Source: a bacterium
GTDB lineage: Bacteria > Sysuimicrobiota > Sysuimicrobiia > Sysuimicrobiales > Segetimicrobiaceae
Direction of reading: 5' to 3'
Length of the DNA stretch: 64,000 nucleotides
NCBI GenBank assembly: GCA_035934535.1
Contig: DASYXS010000097.1
Location: 1,505 to 65,504 of the forward strand
Positions 27,007 to 36,278 of this stretch are shown here, one piece after another (the stretch's first letter is position 1; every line of letters starts with the position of its first letter). Under the pieces are notes generated by a model. It made no database searches, was not told the origin of the DNA, and was given only the letters and a program-made list of their open reading frames with translations. The position numbers and the translations under genes are program-made.

Positions 27007-28605
27007 TCAGCAGTACGCCTCGTACTCCCGGCCGTCGACCGGGACCGTGATGACCGCGGGGCGCCCGGACCCGAGGGCCGTCCCGGCCGCGCGGCGCAGG
27101 GCGTCCGGCGAATCGGCGCGGACGCCCTCGATCCCGAAGCCGCGGGCGATCGTCTCGAACTGCGGCGGCGGAAAGTCGACGCCGTAGGGCTCGAAGCCGC
27201 GCCGGCGCTGGCCGACGCGGATCAGGCTGAGGCTCGCGTCCACGAAGCACACGATCGTCACCGGCACCTCGTACTGCCGTAAAAACGTGAGGTTGTGGAG
27301 CATCATCAGAAGCCCGCCGTCCCCCACCACGGAGAGCACCGGCCGGTCACGAAACTCCAGCTTCGCGGCGATCGCGGCCGGCACCCCGTAGCCCATGCCG
27401 GACAGGCCGTTGGACATGAAAAACGTGCGCGGCTCATAACTCTCCCAAAATTGGCCGCAGTAATACTTGTGCGAGCCGACGTCGCAGGTCAACACCGTGT
27501 CTCGCGGCGCGACATCACGCAGCGCGCGCAGCGCCGCGAGGGGGCTCATCCCGCCGTCGCCGGACGGTACCTGCGGCTCGGGGCGGATCCGCGCGCGGGC
27601 GGCCGCCAGCATCTGCGCGGGCCAGCGGCGGGGACGGAGCGCGCCCAGGGCGGCGAGCGACGCTGTGATGTCCCCGAGCGGCTCGACCGGGCGGTAGCTA
27701 CCCTCCGCGGTCGAGGCGCGCGACAGGTTCACGATACGGCGGCGCACGTACCAATCTTTGTCGCACTCCACCGGATCGAAGCCCACGCCGAGCAGCGCGT
27801 CGGCCTGCTCGACCGTCTCCATCACCGCGCCGTCCACGGCCATGCCGCCCACCACGCCGAGGAACCCCGGCGCGTCCTCGGGGAGCATCCCCTTCGCCTT
27901 CGGCGTCGCAATGAACGGCCACCCGGTGCGGTCGATGAACGCCCGCACGGCCGGCGCGTCGTGCGGCGCGCAGCCGACGCCCACGACGACGAGCGGGCGC
28001 TCGGCGCCGTCGAGCAGATCCCGCGCCTCGGCGAGCGCGGCCGCCGGGCCGCCGGAGGCGGGGAGTGGCGCCGGCGGCTCGAGATCCACCGGCGAGGCGC
28101 CGGGGCCGGCATCCGCGGCTGCGAGGTTGCTCGGGAGCGCCAGATGGACCGGCCCGGGCGGCGGGCTCACGGCAAGCCCGACCGCGCGGCGCACGAGATC
28201 CGCCGTCCCCCGCCCGTCCACCGTCGCGCTCGCTTTGGTGATCGCGCCGAACAGCCGGCCGAGCGGGAGCCGTTGATGCGGAAAGTGCGGCGCGAGCGCG
28301 GTCGAGAGGTCCGCGGTGATCGCCAGCACCGGAGACCGGTCGAGCAGCGCGTTCGACACGCCGAGCCCGAGGTTCATCGCCCCCGGGCCGAGCGTCGCCA
28401 TGCACACGCCCGGGCGGCCGGTGATCTGCCCGGTCACGTCGGCCATGAACGCCGCGCTGGCCTCGTGACCGGTGAGGTAGAATCGGATCCCCGCGCGGCG
28501 GCACGCCTCGATGAGGACGGTAATCTCGCCCCCGGGCAGGCCGAAAGCGTGGTCGATGCCGGCGTCCGCGAGCGCCGCGGCGATTGCCTGCGCGTTCGTG
28601 GCCAT
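27007..28605 (-). CDS. Thiamine-diphosphate-dependent enzyme (acetolactate synthase large subunit-like family)
   Basis: The start is moved to ATG 28603-28605, preceded by GGAGGAACCA (MATNAQAIAAALADAGIDHAFGLPGGEI). The ThDP motif is VVGDGGLLMMLHNL. All three domains (Pyr, middle, PP) are apparent. No small-subunit gene is adjacent. Confidence 0.85.
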   Translation of the reverse strand: MATNAQAIAAALADAGIDHAFGLPGGEITVLIEACRRAGIRFYLTGHEASAAFMADVTGQITGRPGVCMATLGPGAMNLGLGVSNALLDRSPVLAITADLSTALAPHFPHQRLPLGRLFGAITKASATVDGRGTADLVRRAVGLAVSPPPGPVHLALPSNLAAADAGPGASPVDLEPPAPLPASGGPAAALAEARDLLDGAERPLVVVGVGCAPHDAPAVRAFIDRTGWPFIATPKAKGMLPEDAPGFLGVVGGMAVDGAVMETVEQADALLGVGFDPVECDKDWYVRRRIVNLSRASTAEGSYRPVEPLGDITASLAALGALRPRRWPAQMLAAARARIRPEPQVPSGDGGMSPLAALRALRDVAPRDTVLTCDVGSHKYYCGQFWESYEPRTFFMSNGLSGMGYGVPAAIAAKLEFRDRPVLSVVGDGGLLMMLHNLTFLRQYEVPVTIVCFVDASLSLIRVGQRRRGFEPYGVDFPPPQFETIARGFGIEGVRADSPDALRRAAGTALGSGRPAVITVPVDGREYEAYC

Positions 28606-28715
28606 TGGTTCCTCCGCTGCCGCGGTCAGGGATACCGTCGCGGCGGTGGTAATGGTAGCAATCGAAGATTCTCGGCCGCAACGATTCGCCCCCTCGCCCC
28701 GCCGGCCCAAACGGA

Positions 28716-28742
28716 ACGTCCGCCGGGTGTCCCGGCGGACGT
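28716..28742 (-). terminator. Putative intrinsic terminator of the efflux operon
   Basis: ACGTCCGCCGGG-tgt-CCCGGCGGACGT is a perfect 12-bp stem with a 3-nt loop. It lies 45 nt downstream of the permease stop (28787). On the minus strand it is followed by TTCCGTTT. Confidence 0.6.
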
Positions 28743-28786
28743 CGTTCGCCGATCGCGGCGGAGGGCCGCGCCGTTTGGTGCGCCCG

Positions 28787-30004
28787 TTATTCGTACCGCA
28801 GCGCGACGATCGGGTCGAGGGCCGCGGCGCGCAGCGCCGGATAGTATCCGAAGACCACGCCCACCGCGAGCGACGACACGAAACCCAGAACGATCGACAT
28901 CGGCGAGATGAGCGTCGGCCAGTGCGCCATCACCGAGGCCCCCTGCGCCGTCGCGACCCCCATCACGATGCCGATGATACCGCCGAGACAGGCGAGGGTC
29001 AGCGCTTCGACCAGGAACTGCATCAGGATGTCGTGCCCGCGTGCGCCGACCGCCATGCGGAGGCCGATCTCGCGCGTCCGCTCGGTGACCGAGACCAGCA
29101 TGATGTTCATGATGCCGATGCCGCCGACGACAAGCGAGACGACCGCGATGCCGGCGAGGAGCAGCGCCTGGGTCTGCGAGGTGGCGAGCCGGACCTGCTG
29201 GATGTCGGCGATGTTCCGGACCGAGAAATCGTCGGGCTGAGCCGCCGTGAGATGGTGGCGCAGCCGCAGCAGCCGCTCGGTCGCGTCGATGACCCCCGGC
29301 ACGTCCTCCGGGGTGCTCGCCGACACGAGGATCGATCCGACCCAGGCCTGGCCGGTCAGCCGGTCGAGCAGCGTCGTGATCGGCACCATCACGAAGTCGT
29401 CCTGGTCCCGGCCGAAACCGGACTGTCCCTTCGAGGTCATGACGCCGAGCACGCGGAACGGCACGTTCTTGATGACGATCGTCGAGCCGACCGGCGAGCC
29501 GGTCGGAAAGAGGTTCTGCGCGACGGTCGAGCCGAGCACCGCGACCTTGGCCTCCTGGTCGACCTCCGCCTGCGTGAAGAACCGCCCCGAGGCGACGGAC
29601 CAGTTGCGGACATCGGTCCAAGAGGGCGTACTGCCCTGAATCGACGTGAACCAGTTGCTGCCGCTCGCGACGACCTGCGCGTTCGTCTGGGACGACGGAG
29701 CCGCCGCGGCCACCGACGGCACCTCGGTCGCGATCGCCGTCGCGTCGCCCAGCTTCAGGGTCGTCCGGCTGCCGCCGCCGAGGTTGACGCCGCCCTGGCT
29801 GACGGCGCCGGGAATCACGACCACGAGGTTGGCCCCGAGGCTCTCGATCTGCGCGAGCACCGCGGCCTGCGCGCCGGAGCCGATCGCCATCGAGGTGATC
29901 ACGGCGCCGACGCCGATGATGATGCCGAGCATCGTCAGGAGCGACCGGGTCGCGTTGCGCCGGAGCGCCTGCCACGCGACGCGGAGCAGCAGTCCGAGAC
30001 TCAT
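28787..30004 (-). CDS. ABC efflux transporter permease (MacB-type, FtsX domain)
   Basis: The start is set at ATG 30002-30004 ([35 protein letters not shown]), overlapping the ATPase stop as ATGA. It has a large periplasmic domain between TM1 and TM2 and a C-terminal FtsX block (...ERTREIGLRMAVGARGHDILMQFLVEA...). Confidence 0.9.
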   Translation of the reverse strand: MSLGLLLRVAWQALRRNATRSLLTMLGIIIGVGAVITSMAIGSGAQAAVLAQIESLGANLVVVIPGAVSQGGVNLGGGSRTTLKLGDATAIATEVPSVAAAAPSSQTNAQVVASGSNWFTSIQGSTPSWTDVRNWSVASGRFFTQAEVDQEAKVAVLGSTVAQNLFPTGSPVGSTIVIKNVPFRVLGVMTSKGQSGFGRDQDDFVMVPITTLLDRLTGQAWVGSILVSASTPEDVPGVIDATERLLRLRHHLTAAQPDDFSVRNIADIQQVRLATSQTQALLLAGIAVVSLVVGGIGIMNIMLVSVTERTREIGLRMAVGARGHDILMQFLVEALTLACLGGIIGIVMGVATAQGASVMAHWPTLISPMSIVLGFVSSLAVGVVFGYYPALRAAALDPIVALRYE

Positions 30005-30792
30005 ACGCGGGCCTCCTGTCCGACCGCCGGGTGGGCCTGGTCGACGACCGCGCGGACCGCGTCCGGCACCGCCTCGGCCGCCGGCTGGTCGGAGAGAATG
30101 CGGCCGTCGCGGAACGTCACCACCCGCTTGGACCACGCCGCGGTGTTCGGGTCGTGCGTCACGACCAGCACCGTCAGGCCCTGCTGATCGTTGAGCCGCC
30201 GGAACAGCGTCATGATCTCGGCGCTGCTCTTGCTGTCGAGGTTTCCCGTCGGCTCGTCCGCCATCAGAAGCGGCGCGCCGTTGGCGAGCGCGCGCGCGAT
30301 CGCCACGCGCTGCTGCTGCCCGCCGGAGAGCTCGCTCGGCCGGTGGTCGAGGCGGTCGCCCAGGCCGACACTCTCCAGCAGTTCCTTGGCCCGCGCGACG
30401 CGCGCCTCGCGGGGCATCCCGGCATAGAGCATCGGCAGCTCGACGTTCTCGAGCGCGGTCGTCCGCGCGAGCAGGTTGAAGCTCTGAAAGACGAAGCCGA
30501 TCTGACGGCTGCGCACGATCGCGAGCTCGTCGGCCGAGAGGCGCGAGACCTCTTGGTCGGACAGGCGATAGGAGCCCGACGTCGGGCGGTCGAGGCACCC
30601 CAACAGATGCATGAACGTGGACTTGCCGGAGCCCGACGGGCCCATGATCGCGACGAACTCACCCCGGCGCACGTCGAGGCTCACGCCCCGCAATGCGTGC
30701 ACGGCCATGTCGCCGACGCCGTACACCTTCGTCAGGTCCCGGACTTCGATGAGCAGGTCCGACTTGGTTTCCGGCGTCCGACGGATCGCCAT
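30001..30792 (-). CDS. ABC efflux transporter ATP-binding protein (MacB/LolD type)
   Basis: 263 aa with Walker [10 protein letters not shown], signature [15 protein letters not shown] and Walker [13 protein letters not shown]. Confidence 0.92.
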   Translation of the reverse strand: MAIRRTPETKSDLLIEVRDLTKVYGVGDMAVHALRGVSLDVRRGEFVAIMGPSGSGKSTFMHLLGCLDRPTSGSYRLSDQEVSRLSADELAIVRSRQIGFVFQSFNLLARTTALENVELPMLYAGMPREARVARAKELLESVGLGDRLDHRPSELSGGQQQRVAIARALANGAPLLMADEPTGNLDSKSSAEIMTLFRRLNDQQGLTVLVVTHDPNTAAWSKRVVTFRDGRILSDQPAAEAVPDAVRAVVDQAHPAVGQEARV

Positions 30793-32363
30793 TATGGGGT
30801 GCCGCTGGGGGTCGCGCCTCGGCCGCCGCCGCCCTGGCCACCGCCCCCCTGACCGCCGCCTTGCCCGCCACCGGCGCCACCCTGGCCGGACCGGCGCGCG
30901 CCGCGCACGGCCGCAACGATCACCTGCTGGCCTTCCTGGAGTCCGGATCGAATCTCGACGTTCCGGCTGTCGGACACGCCGATGACCACGCGGACCGGCG
31001 CCGGCTGCTTGTTGCGCAGTACCCAGACCGTCACGGTCGATCCCGGAGCGCCCGCCACCGGCGCGTTGGCCGCGCCGCCCCCCGGGCCCCCGCCGCCGGG
31101 ACCCACGAACACCGCCCCGCCGAGCGGGCCGCCCGAAGGCGTGCTGCCGCCCGACGAAGTCGGCCGCGCGCCCTGCTGGAGGGGACGGAACAGGAGCGCC
31201 TGCAGCGGCACCGCGAGCACGTGGGTGCGTGTGGAGGTACTGATGACCACCTGCGCCGTCATGCCGGGGAAGAGCCGGCCTGAGTCATCGTGAACGGCCA
31301 CCACCGCATCGTACGTCACGACGTTGGAGACGATTGTCGGGTTCACGCGGACCTGCTGGACCGTGCCGTTGAAGGTCACGTTGGGGTAGGCGGTCACCGT
31401 GATCACCGCGGTCTCGCCCTGCCGCACGCTGCCGACGTCCGCCTCGTCGACCGAAGTATCGACCTGCATGTCCTTCAAGTTCGAGGCGATCGTAAAGAGC
31501 GTCGGCGTCGACAGGGACGCGGCCACGGTCTGGCCTACGCTGACGTTGCGGGCCATCACGATGCCGTCGACGGGGCTGGTGATGATCGTGCGAGAGAGGT
31601 TGTACTGCGCCTGTTGAAGCTGCGCCGACGCCGAGCTGACCTGATGCCCGGACGCGGCGGCCTGCGCGGCCGCGGTCTGCACGGCCTGCTGGGCGCTGCG
31701 GACCTGGGAGAGGTTCGAGGCCACCTGCGCCTGTGCCACGCCGATCGCGGCCTGCGCGGCGGCGTAGTCATCCTGGGCCGCCTGCGCCGCCGTCTGATCG
31801 GTGTCCATTTGGCTCTGCGCGATGTACCCCTGCGCGAGCAGCGACGAGTCCCGCTTCACCGTCGTCTGGGCGAGCGCGAGTTGGCTCCGCGCCTTCGTCG
31901 CGTTCGCCTGCGCGTTGCGGAGGTTGGCGAGCTGCTGTTGATAGTTGGCCTGCGCGGTGCGCACGGCGACTTGGGACTGCGCCAGGCCGCTCGCCGACGC
32001 GGCCGCGGTCGACTGGGCGGCCGCCAGCGAGGCGCTCTGCTGTTCCATCGCGGCCTGGAAGGACGTCGGATCGAGGGTCGCCAGCACCTGCCCCTTCTTG
32101 ACACGCGAGTTGTAGTCGGCGCCGAGTGTGGCGATGGTCCCGGACACCTGCGTGCCGACCTGGATCTGGTCCACCGGGTTCACGGTGCCGGTCTCGGTCA
32201 CGGTCGAGGAAATGTCCGTGTACTGGACGGGCCGCGTGATGTAGCGGACCCCGTTCCGCCGCTGTCCGAGACGCTGCACCGTCACGACGCCGCCCACGGC
32301 GAGCGCCGCGACCACGACCAGCGCGATCGTCCGCCGGACGGTGAACCATCCCAGGAATTTCAT
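30792..32363 (-). CDS. Efflux transporter periplasmic adaptor (membrane fusion protein, HlyD/MacA family) with Gly/Gln-rich C-terminal tail
   Basis: 523 aa with an N-terminal TM anchor and a long Ala/Gln-rich coiled-coil hairpin. Beta-barrel and MP domains are present. The tail is ...SGQGGAGGGQGGGQGGGGQGGGGRGATPSGTP. The stop overlaps the ATPase start (TAATG). Confidence 0.88.
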   Translation of the reverse strand: MKFLGWFTVRRTIALVVVAALAVGGVVTVQRLGQRRNGVRYITRPVQYTDISSTVTETGTVNPVDQIQVGTQVSGTIATLGADYNSRVKKGQVLATLDPTSFQAAMEQQSASLAAAQSTAAASASGLAQSQVAVRTAQANYQQQLANLRNAQANATKARSQLALAQTTVKRDSSLLAQGYIAQSQMDTDQTAAQAAQDDYAAAQAAIGVAQAQVASNLSQVRSAQQAVQTAAAQAAASGHQVSSASAQLQQAQYNLSRTIITSPVDGIVMARNVSVGQTVAASLSTPTLFTIASNLKDMQVDTSVDEADVGSVRQGETAVITVTAYPNVTFNGTVQQVRVNPTIVSNVVTYDAVVAVHDDSGRLFPGMTAQVVISTSTRTHVLAVPLQALLFRPLQQGARPTSSGGSTPSGGPLGGAVFVGPGGGGPGGGAANAPVAGAPGSTVTVWVLRNKQPAPVRVVIGVSDSRNVEIRSGLQEGQQVIVAAVRGARRSGQGGAGGGQGGGQGGGGQGGGGRGATPSGTP

Positions 32364-33760
32364 GGAGTGCCTCCCCCGGCGCTTGCCGCGATGGGCGCGC
32401 CCTCCGCGTGCTGCAGCGTCGCCAGCGCGGATTCATACGTGTATTCCGCGGACGCGGCGGTGACGTCGGCCTGCGCCGCCGTCGTCTGCGCCTGGATGAC
32501 CGCGATGATCGTTCCGACTCCGGCGCGATACTGGCCCTGCGCCACGGCGAGCGCCTGGTCGGCCGCCGCCTTGGCGGCCTGCGTCGCCGTCACGTTCGCG
32601 GCCGCCTGGACCGCCGCGAGGTAGGCCTGGTACGCGTCCTGGCGAATCGCGAGAATCTGGGAGGCGAGCGACGCCTGCGCGCTCTTCAGGGTCGCCTGCG
32701 CGCTCGCGATCTCCGCGTGGCCCCGGCCGGCGTCGAAGAGCGGCAGGCTGATCGTGCCGGTCAGACCGTACGACGAGGTGTTGTTGAGCGCCGGCGCGGT
32801 GCTGTACGGCGTGTAGCCCGCGCCGAGCCCGATGTTGACTTGGGGACCGGCGTTCACGTACGCGGTGTCGAGTCCGGCCTGGGCGGACTGCACCGCCGCG
32901 TTCGCCTTCGCGATCTCCGGCCGGTTCGCGAGCGCCGCGGCGATGACCTGATCCGACGGCACGGCCACTTGGGGCGCCGGCGCCGCGGGGCTCGACACCT
33001 CGAGCGGCGTCGTGGTGTCGATGCCCATCGTGCTGGCCAGGTTGGCCTTGGCGGTCAGGATCTGCGCGTCCGCGTTGAGCGCCGCGACCTGTGCCTGGGC
33101 GACCTGCGCCTGGGCCTGAATCACGTCGGCCTGCGGCGCCACGCCGGCGCGCACCTGTGCTTCGACCAGCGCCAGCTGCGCCTGCTGCTGCGCCAGCACC
33201 TGCCGGTTCGCGGCCGCGACCCCCTCATTGCCGAGGACCGTGAAAAACTGCGTGGCCGCCTGGAGGGCGAGGTCCTGCTGCGTCTGGCGCAGGGCCGCCT
33301 CGGCCGACGCGACGCCGGCCTGCGCCGATTCGACGAGCGCCTTGGTGCGGCCGTTGTCGAACACCGTGACGGTGCCGGCGACCGTGGCGGTCCCGGTCGC
33401 GGTCGGGCTTCCGAGCGGCGCCGACGCGAAGTTGGCGTTCGATGAGTTGGTCGTGCCGAGCGCGCCATTCCCGTTGAGCGAGACGGTCGGCGCGTAGCCC
33501 GCCCGCGCCAGGAGCAGGCTCTGCTGCGCAGCCTCGAGCGTCTGCTGCGAGGCCGTCACCTGCGGGTTATGAGTCAGCGCCGTCTGCACGGCCTGCGCCA
33601 GGGTGAACGTCTGGACCGTTGCCCCCGGCTGCCCGGTCGACGGCGCGGGCGCCGGCGGAGCCTGCGCGAACGCCGCGTCGGGCCGAGGCGCCACAAACGT
33701 CGCCGCGCTCAACGACAGCGCGACGACGATCACGGCGACCTGACGGACCAGTCCGCTCAT
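32360..33760 (-). CDS. TolC-family outer-membrane efflux protein
   Basis: 466 aa with a signal peptide (MSGLVRQVAVIVVALSLSAATFVAP). It shows a two-fold internal repeat of Ala/Gln-rich helices and beta segments typical of OEP/TolC. ATGA overlaps are present at both ends. Confidence 0.85.
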   Translation of the reverse strand: MSGLVRQVAVIVVALSLSAATFVAPRPDAAFAQAPPAPAPSTGQPGATVQTFTLAQAVQTALTHNPQVTASQQTLEAAQQSLLLARAGYAPTVSLNGNGALGTTNSSNANFASAPLGSPTATGTATVAGTVTVFDNGRTKALVESAQAGVASAEAALRQTQQDLALQAATQFFTVLGNEGVAAANRQVLAQQQAQLALVEAQVRAGVAPQADVIQAQAQVAQAQVAALNADAQILTAKANLASTMGIDTTTPLEVSSPAAPAPQVAVPSDQVIAAALANRPEIAKANAAVQSAQAGLDTAYVNAGPQVNIGLGAGYTPYSTAPALNNTSSYGLTGTISLPLFDAGRGHAEIASAQATLKSAQASLASQILAIRQDAYQAYLAAVQAAANVTATQAAKAAADQALAVAQGQYRAGVGTIIAVIQAQTTAAQADVTAASAEYTYESALATLQHAEGAPIAASAGGGTP

Positions 33761-34932
33761 ACCATCGCCTCCTGAACCTTCGCGGCGTCCTGCCGCCGGG
33801 GGAACGTGACCGTGAACGTGCTGCCCCGGCCGGCGGCGCTCTCGACGGCTACGCGGCCGCCGTGCGCCTCGACGAGCGACTTGACGATGGCGAGCCCGAG
33901 TCCGGTCCCGCCGCTGCTCCGCGCGCGGGACTGGTCCGCGCGGTAGAAGTGCCGGAAGATGTGCGGCAGGTCCGCCGCGTCGATCCCGACGCCCGTATCC
34001 GAGACGGCCAGCCGCACCCCGTCCGCGTCGTCCGCGGCCATCGTCACGTGAACGGTGCCGCCCGCCGGCGTGAACCGCACGGCGTTCTCGACGAGGTTCT
34101 GCACGATCTGGCGGAGGCGGTCCGGGTCCGCGTCGATCCGCGGCAGCCCGCGGGGGACGTCGACGCGCAGCACGACGCCGCGCTCCTCCGCGAGCGGCGC
34201 CAGGGCTTCGAGCGTCTCCCGCACGACGGGCCCGGCGTCGATCGCCTGGAAGTTGAGCCGCAGCTGCCCCGCCTGCGCCAGCGAGAGATCGCGCAGGTCG
34301 GTGATTAGGCGCGCGAGCAGCAGCGACTGGCTGTGCAGCGTGGCGATCCGCTCCGGCGTCGCTTCCAGCACCCGGTCCAGCATGCCTTCGAGGGTGCCCT
34401 GAATCACCGAGAGCGGCGTGCGCAGCTCGTGCGCCACCCCGGCGAACAGCCGGCGCCGCTGTTCCTCGTCGGCCGCGAGCCGCTCCGTCATTCTATTGAA
34501 GGCGCGCGCCAATTCCGTGATCTCGTCCTGTCCCCGGACGGGCACCGGCGGCGGCGTTCCGCCGCGGGCGATCACCCGCGCGGCGGCCGTCAGGTCGGCG
34601 ACCGGGCGCACCATCCGGTGCGCGAGCCCGAGCGCCAGCAGCACCCCGAGCAGGGCCGCGACTCCGGTCCCCGCCCAGATGCCGTCGCGAATGCGGCTTT
34701 GGAACAGCAGTTCGCGCGCCCCGAGCGGAGGACGCCGCTGCTCCCGCGGCTCGGGCGGCTGTTGGGGCGCGAGCCGTCCGCCGGGCGCGGTGACCGCGGG
34801 GATTTCGCGCCGCTCGACGTACTGCCGGAACGTCCGCCGGGCCTGGTAGCTGGCGAACGTCGCCGAGAACACGGTCGTCAGCACGGCGATCCCGATGAAC
34901 GCGACGCTGAGTCGCGTTCTCAGGCTACGCAT
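33757..34932 (-). CDS. Sensor histidine kinase (TM-HAMP-HisKA-HATPase_c)
   Basis: 391 aa with an H-box FAGVAHELRTPLSVIQG and an N-box/G-boxes ...LVENAVRFTP...DTGVGI...GGTGLGLAIVKSLVEAHGG. Confidence 0.92.
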   Translation of the reverse strand: MRSLRTRLSVAFIGIAVLTTVFSATFASYQARRTFRQYVERREIPAVTAPGGRLAPQQPPEPREQRRPPLGARELLFQSRIRDGIWAGTGVAALLGVLLALGLAHRMVRPVADLTAAARVIARGGTPPPVPVRGQDEITELARAFNRMTERLAADEEQRRRLFAGVAHELRTPLSVIQGTLEGMLDRVLEATPERIATLHSQSLLLARLITDLRDLSLAQAGQLRLNFQAIDAGPVVRETLEALAPLAEERGVVLRVDVPRGLPRIDADPDRLRQIVQNLVENAVRFTPAGGTVHVTMAADDADGVRLAVSDTGVGIDAADLPHIFRHFYRADQSRARSSGGTGLGLAIVKSLVEAHGGRVAVESAAGRGSTFTVTFPRRQDAAKVQEAMV

Positions 34933-35668
34933 GCGCGGCCTGCTGGCGCCGATCGTCCTCCGGACGCTGGAACTTGTAGCCGACCCCGTACACGGTGAGG
35001 ATAAACCGCGGGTTGCGCGGGTCGTGCTCGATCTTGCTTCGGAGGTTCTTGATGTGCGCGTCCACCGTGCGCTCGTAGCCCTCGAAGGCGTGGCCGTGCA
35101 CGCGGTCGATCAGCTGCATGCGCGTGAACACCTGGTTCGGATGGCTCGCCAGCGTCTCGAGCATTCGGAACTCGGTGGGCGTGAGGTCGACCGGCCGTCC
35201 GGCCAGGGTGACCTGATGGCCGCGCAGATCGATGATCATCTCCCCGAGGCGGAGGACCTCGGGGGTCTCCTGGCTGCCCCTTCGAAGCACGGCGCGCACG
35301 CGCGCCACGACCTCGCGGGGACTGAACGGCTTGGTGATGTAGTCGTCGGCGCCCAGTTCCAGGCCGAGCAGTTTGTCCGACTCTTCGTCCCGCGCCGTCA
35401 GCATGATGATCGGTGTGCGGGCGCGCTCGCGGATCCGCCGGCAGACCTCGCGGCCGTCGAGCTTCGGCAGCATGAGGTCCAGGATCACGATGTCCGGGCG
35501 CACGCGCTCGTGCTCTTTGAGCGCGGCCTCCCCGTCGGCGGCCACCGCCACGCCGAAGCCCTCGCGCTCAAGGTAGGTCCGCAGGAGCTCGACGATCTGC
35601 GGCTCGTCATCGACGACCAGCACGGTCGGCACGGCCTTCAGTCCCCTCGCATTGGCGGCGGCGCTCAT
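34925..35668 (-). CDS. OmpR-family response regulator
   Basis: The start is set at ATG 35666-35668, an ATGA overlap with the SHOCT gene stop. The receiver domain reads VLVVDDEPQIVELL...DLMLPKLDG. The winged-helix domain reads ...LTPTEFRMLETLASHPNQVFTR...VYGVGYKF. Confidence 0.92.
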   Translation of the reverse strand: MSAAANARGLKAVPTVLVVDDEPQIVELLRTYLEREGFGVAVAADGEAALKEHERVRPDIVILDLMLPKLDGREVCRRIRERARTPIIMLTARDEESDKLLGLELGADDYITKPFSPREVVARVRAVLRRGSQETPEVLRLGEMIIDLRGHQVTLAGRPVDLTPTEFRMLETLASHPNQVFTRMQLIDRVHGHAFEGYERTVDAHIKNLRSKIEHDPRNPRFILTVYGVGYKFQRPEDDRRQQAAHA

Positions 35669-36195
35669 GACAGGGCCGCCAGCCGCTTCCGATATTCTTC
35701 CTCGTTGATCTCGCCGCGCGCAAACCGCTCCCGGACGACCTGGACGGCGCCGTCCGGACGGCCCCACAGCGACCGGAGCGTGATGACCTTCCACGCGATC
35801 ACGAGGAGCGCAGTCACGAGCAGGAATCTCAAGAGGGCCCCGAGCGCGAACACGCCCGCGGCGATGCCGGGGCGCCGGCCGAATCCGCGCCCGCCGCGAT
35901 ACATCCGTCCGGGACCAAATCCCGGACCGTAACCGGGACCAAACCGGGGCCCGTACCCCGGCATGCCGGGCCCGTAGCCCGGGGTCCCGGGGTTCCCAGG
36001 GGGCCCCGGCGCCGGGGACCCCTGGGCGCCCACCTGGGTGGCCTGCTGGGCCAGTGCGGTCCGACCAGCGGCCGGCCACGATGAAACTAAAGCCGGAGTA
36101 GTTGATATACCGGGCACGGCCCCGCCGCCAAGTACGCCGACGAGCGCCACAACGCCTGCCACCGCCACGAGCGCCGCGAACCGCCGGTTTCGCAT
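35665..36195 (-). CDS. SHOCT-domain membrane protein with Gly/Pro/Tyr-rich repeat region
   Basis: 176 aa with ATG preceded by GGGAGGCAGCAG. It has an N-terminal TM segment and the repeats PGYGPGMPGYGPRFGPGYGPGFGPG. A second TM follows, then a C-terminal SHOCT-like RERFARGEINEEEYRKRLAAL. Confidence 0.8.
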   Translation of the reverse strand: MRNRRFAALVAVAGVVALVGVLGGGAVPGISTTPALVSSWPAAGRTALAQQATQVGAQGSPAPGPPGNPGTPGYGPGMPGYGPRFGPGYGPGFGPGRMYRGGRGFGRRPGIAAGVFALGALLRFLLVTALLVIAWKVITLRSLWGRPDGAVQVVRERFARGEINEEEYRKRLAALS

Positions 36196-36278
36196 CTGCT
36201 GCCTCCCTGGTATTCCCTCTATTGAATGGTCAACTTAGCGAATCTGACGTTCTCACTGTAGCCGGGCCGGATATGTGA

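Noticed and set aside
30795-30914. Possible tandem repeat or CRISPR-like periodicity in GGC/GGT-rich DNA (also 35880..36000)
   Set aside because: Both tracts are in-frame Gly-rich coding low complexity, the adaptor tail and the SHOCT-protein repeat. There is no repeat-spacer architecture and there are no cas genes. No CRISPR array is present in the window.
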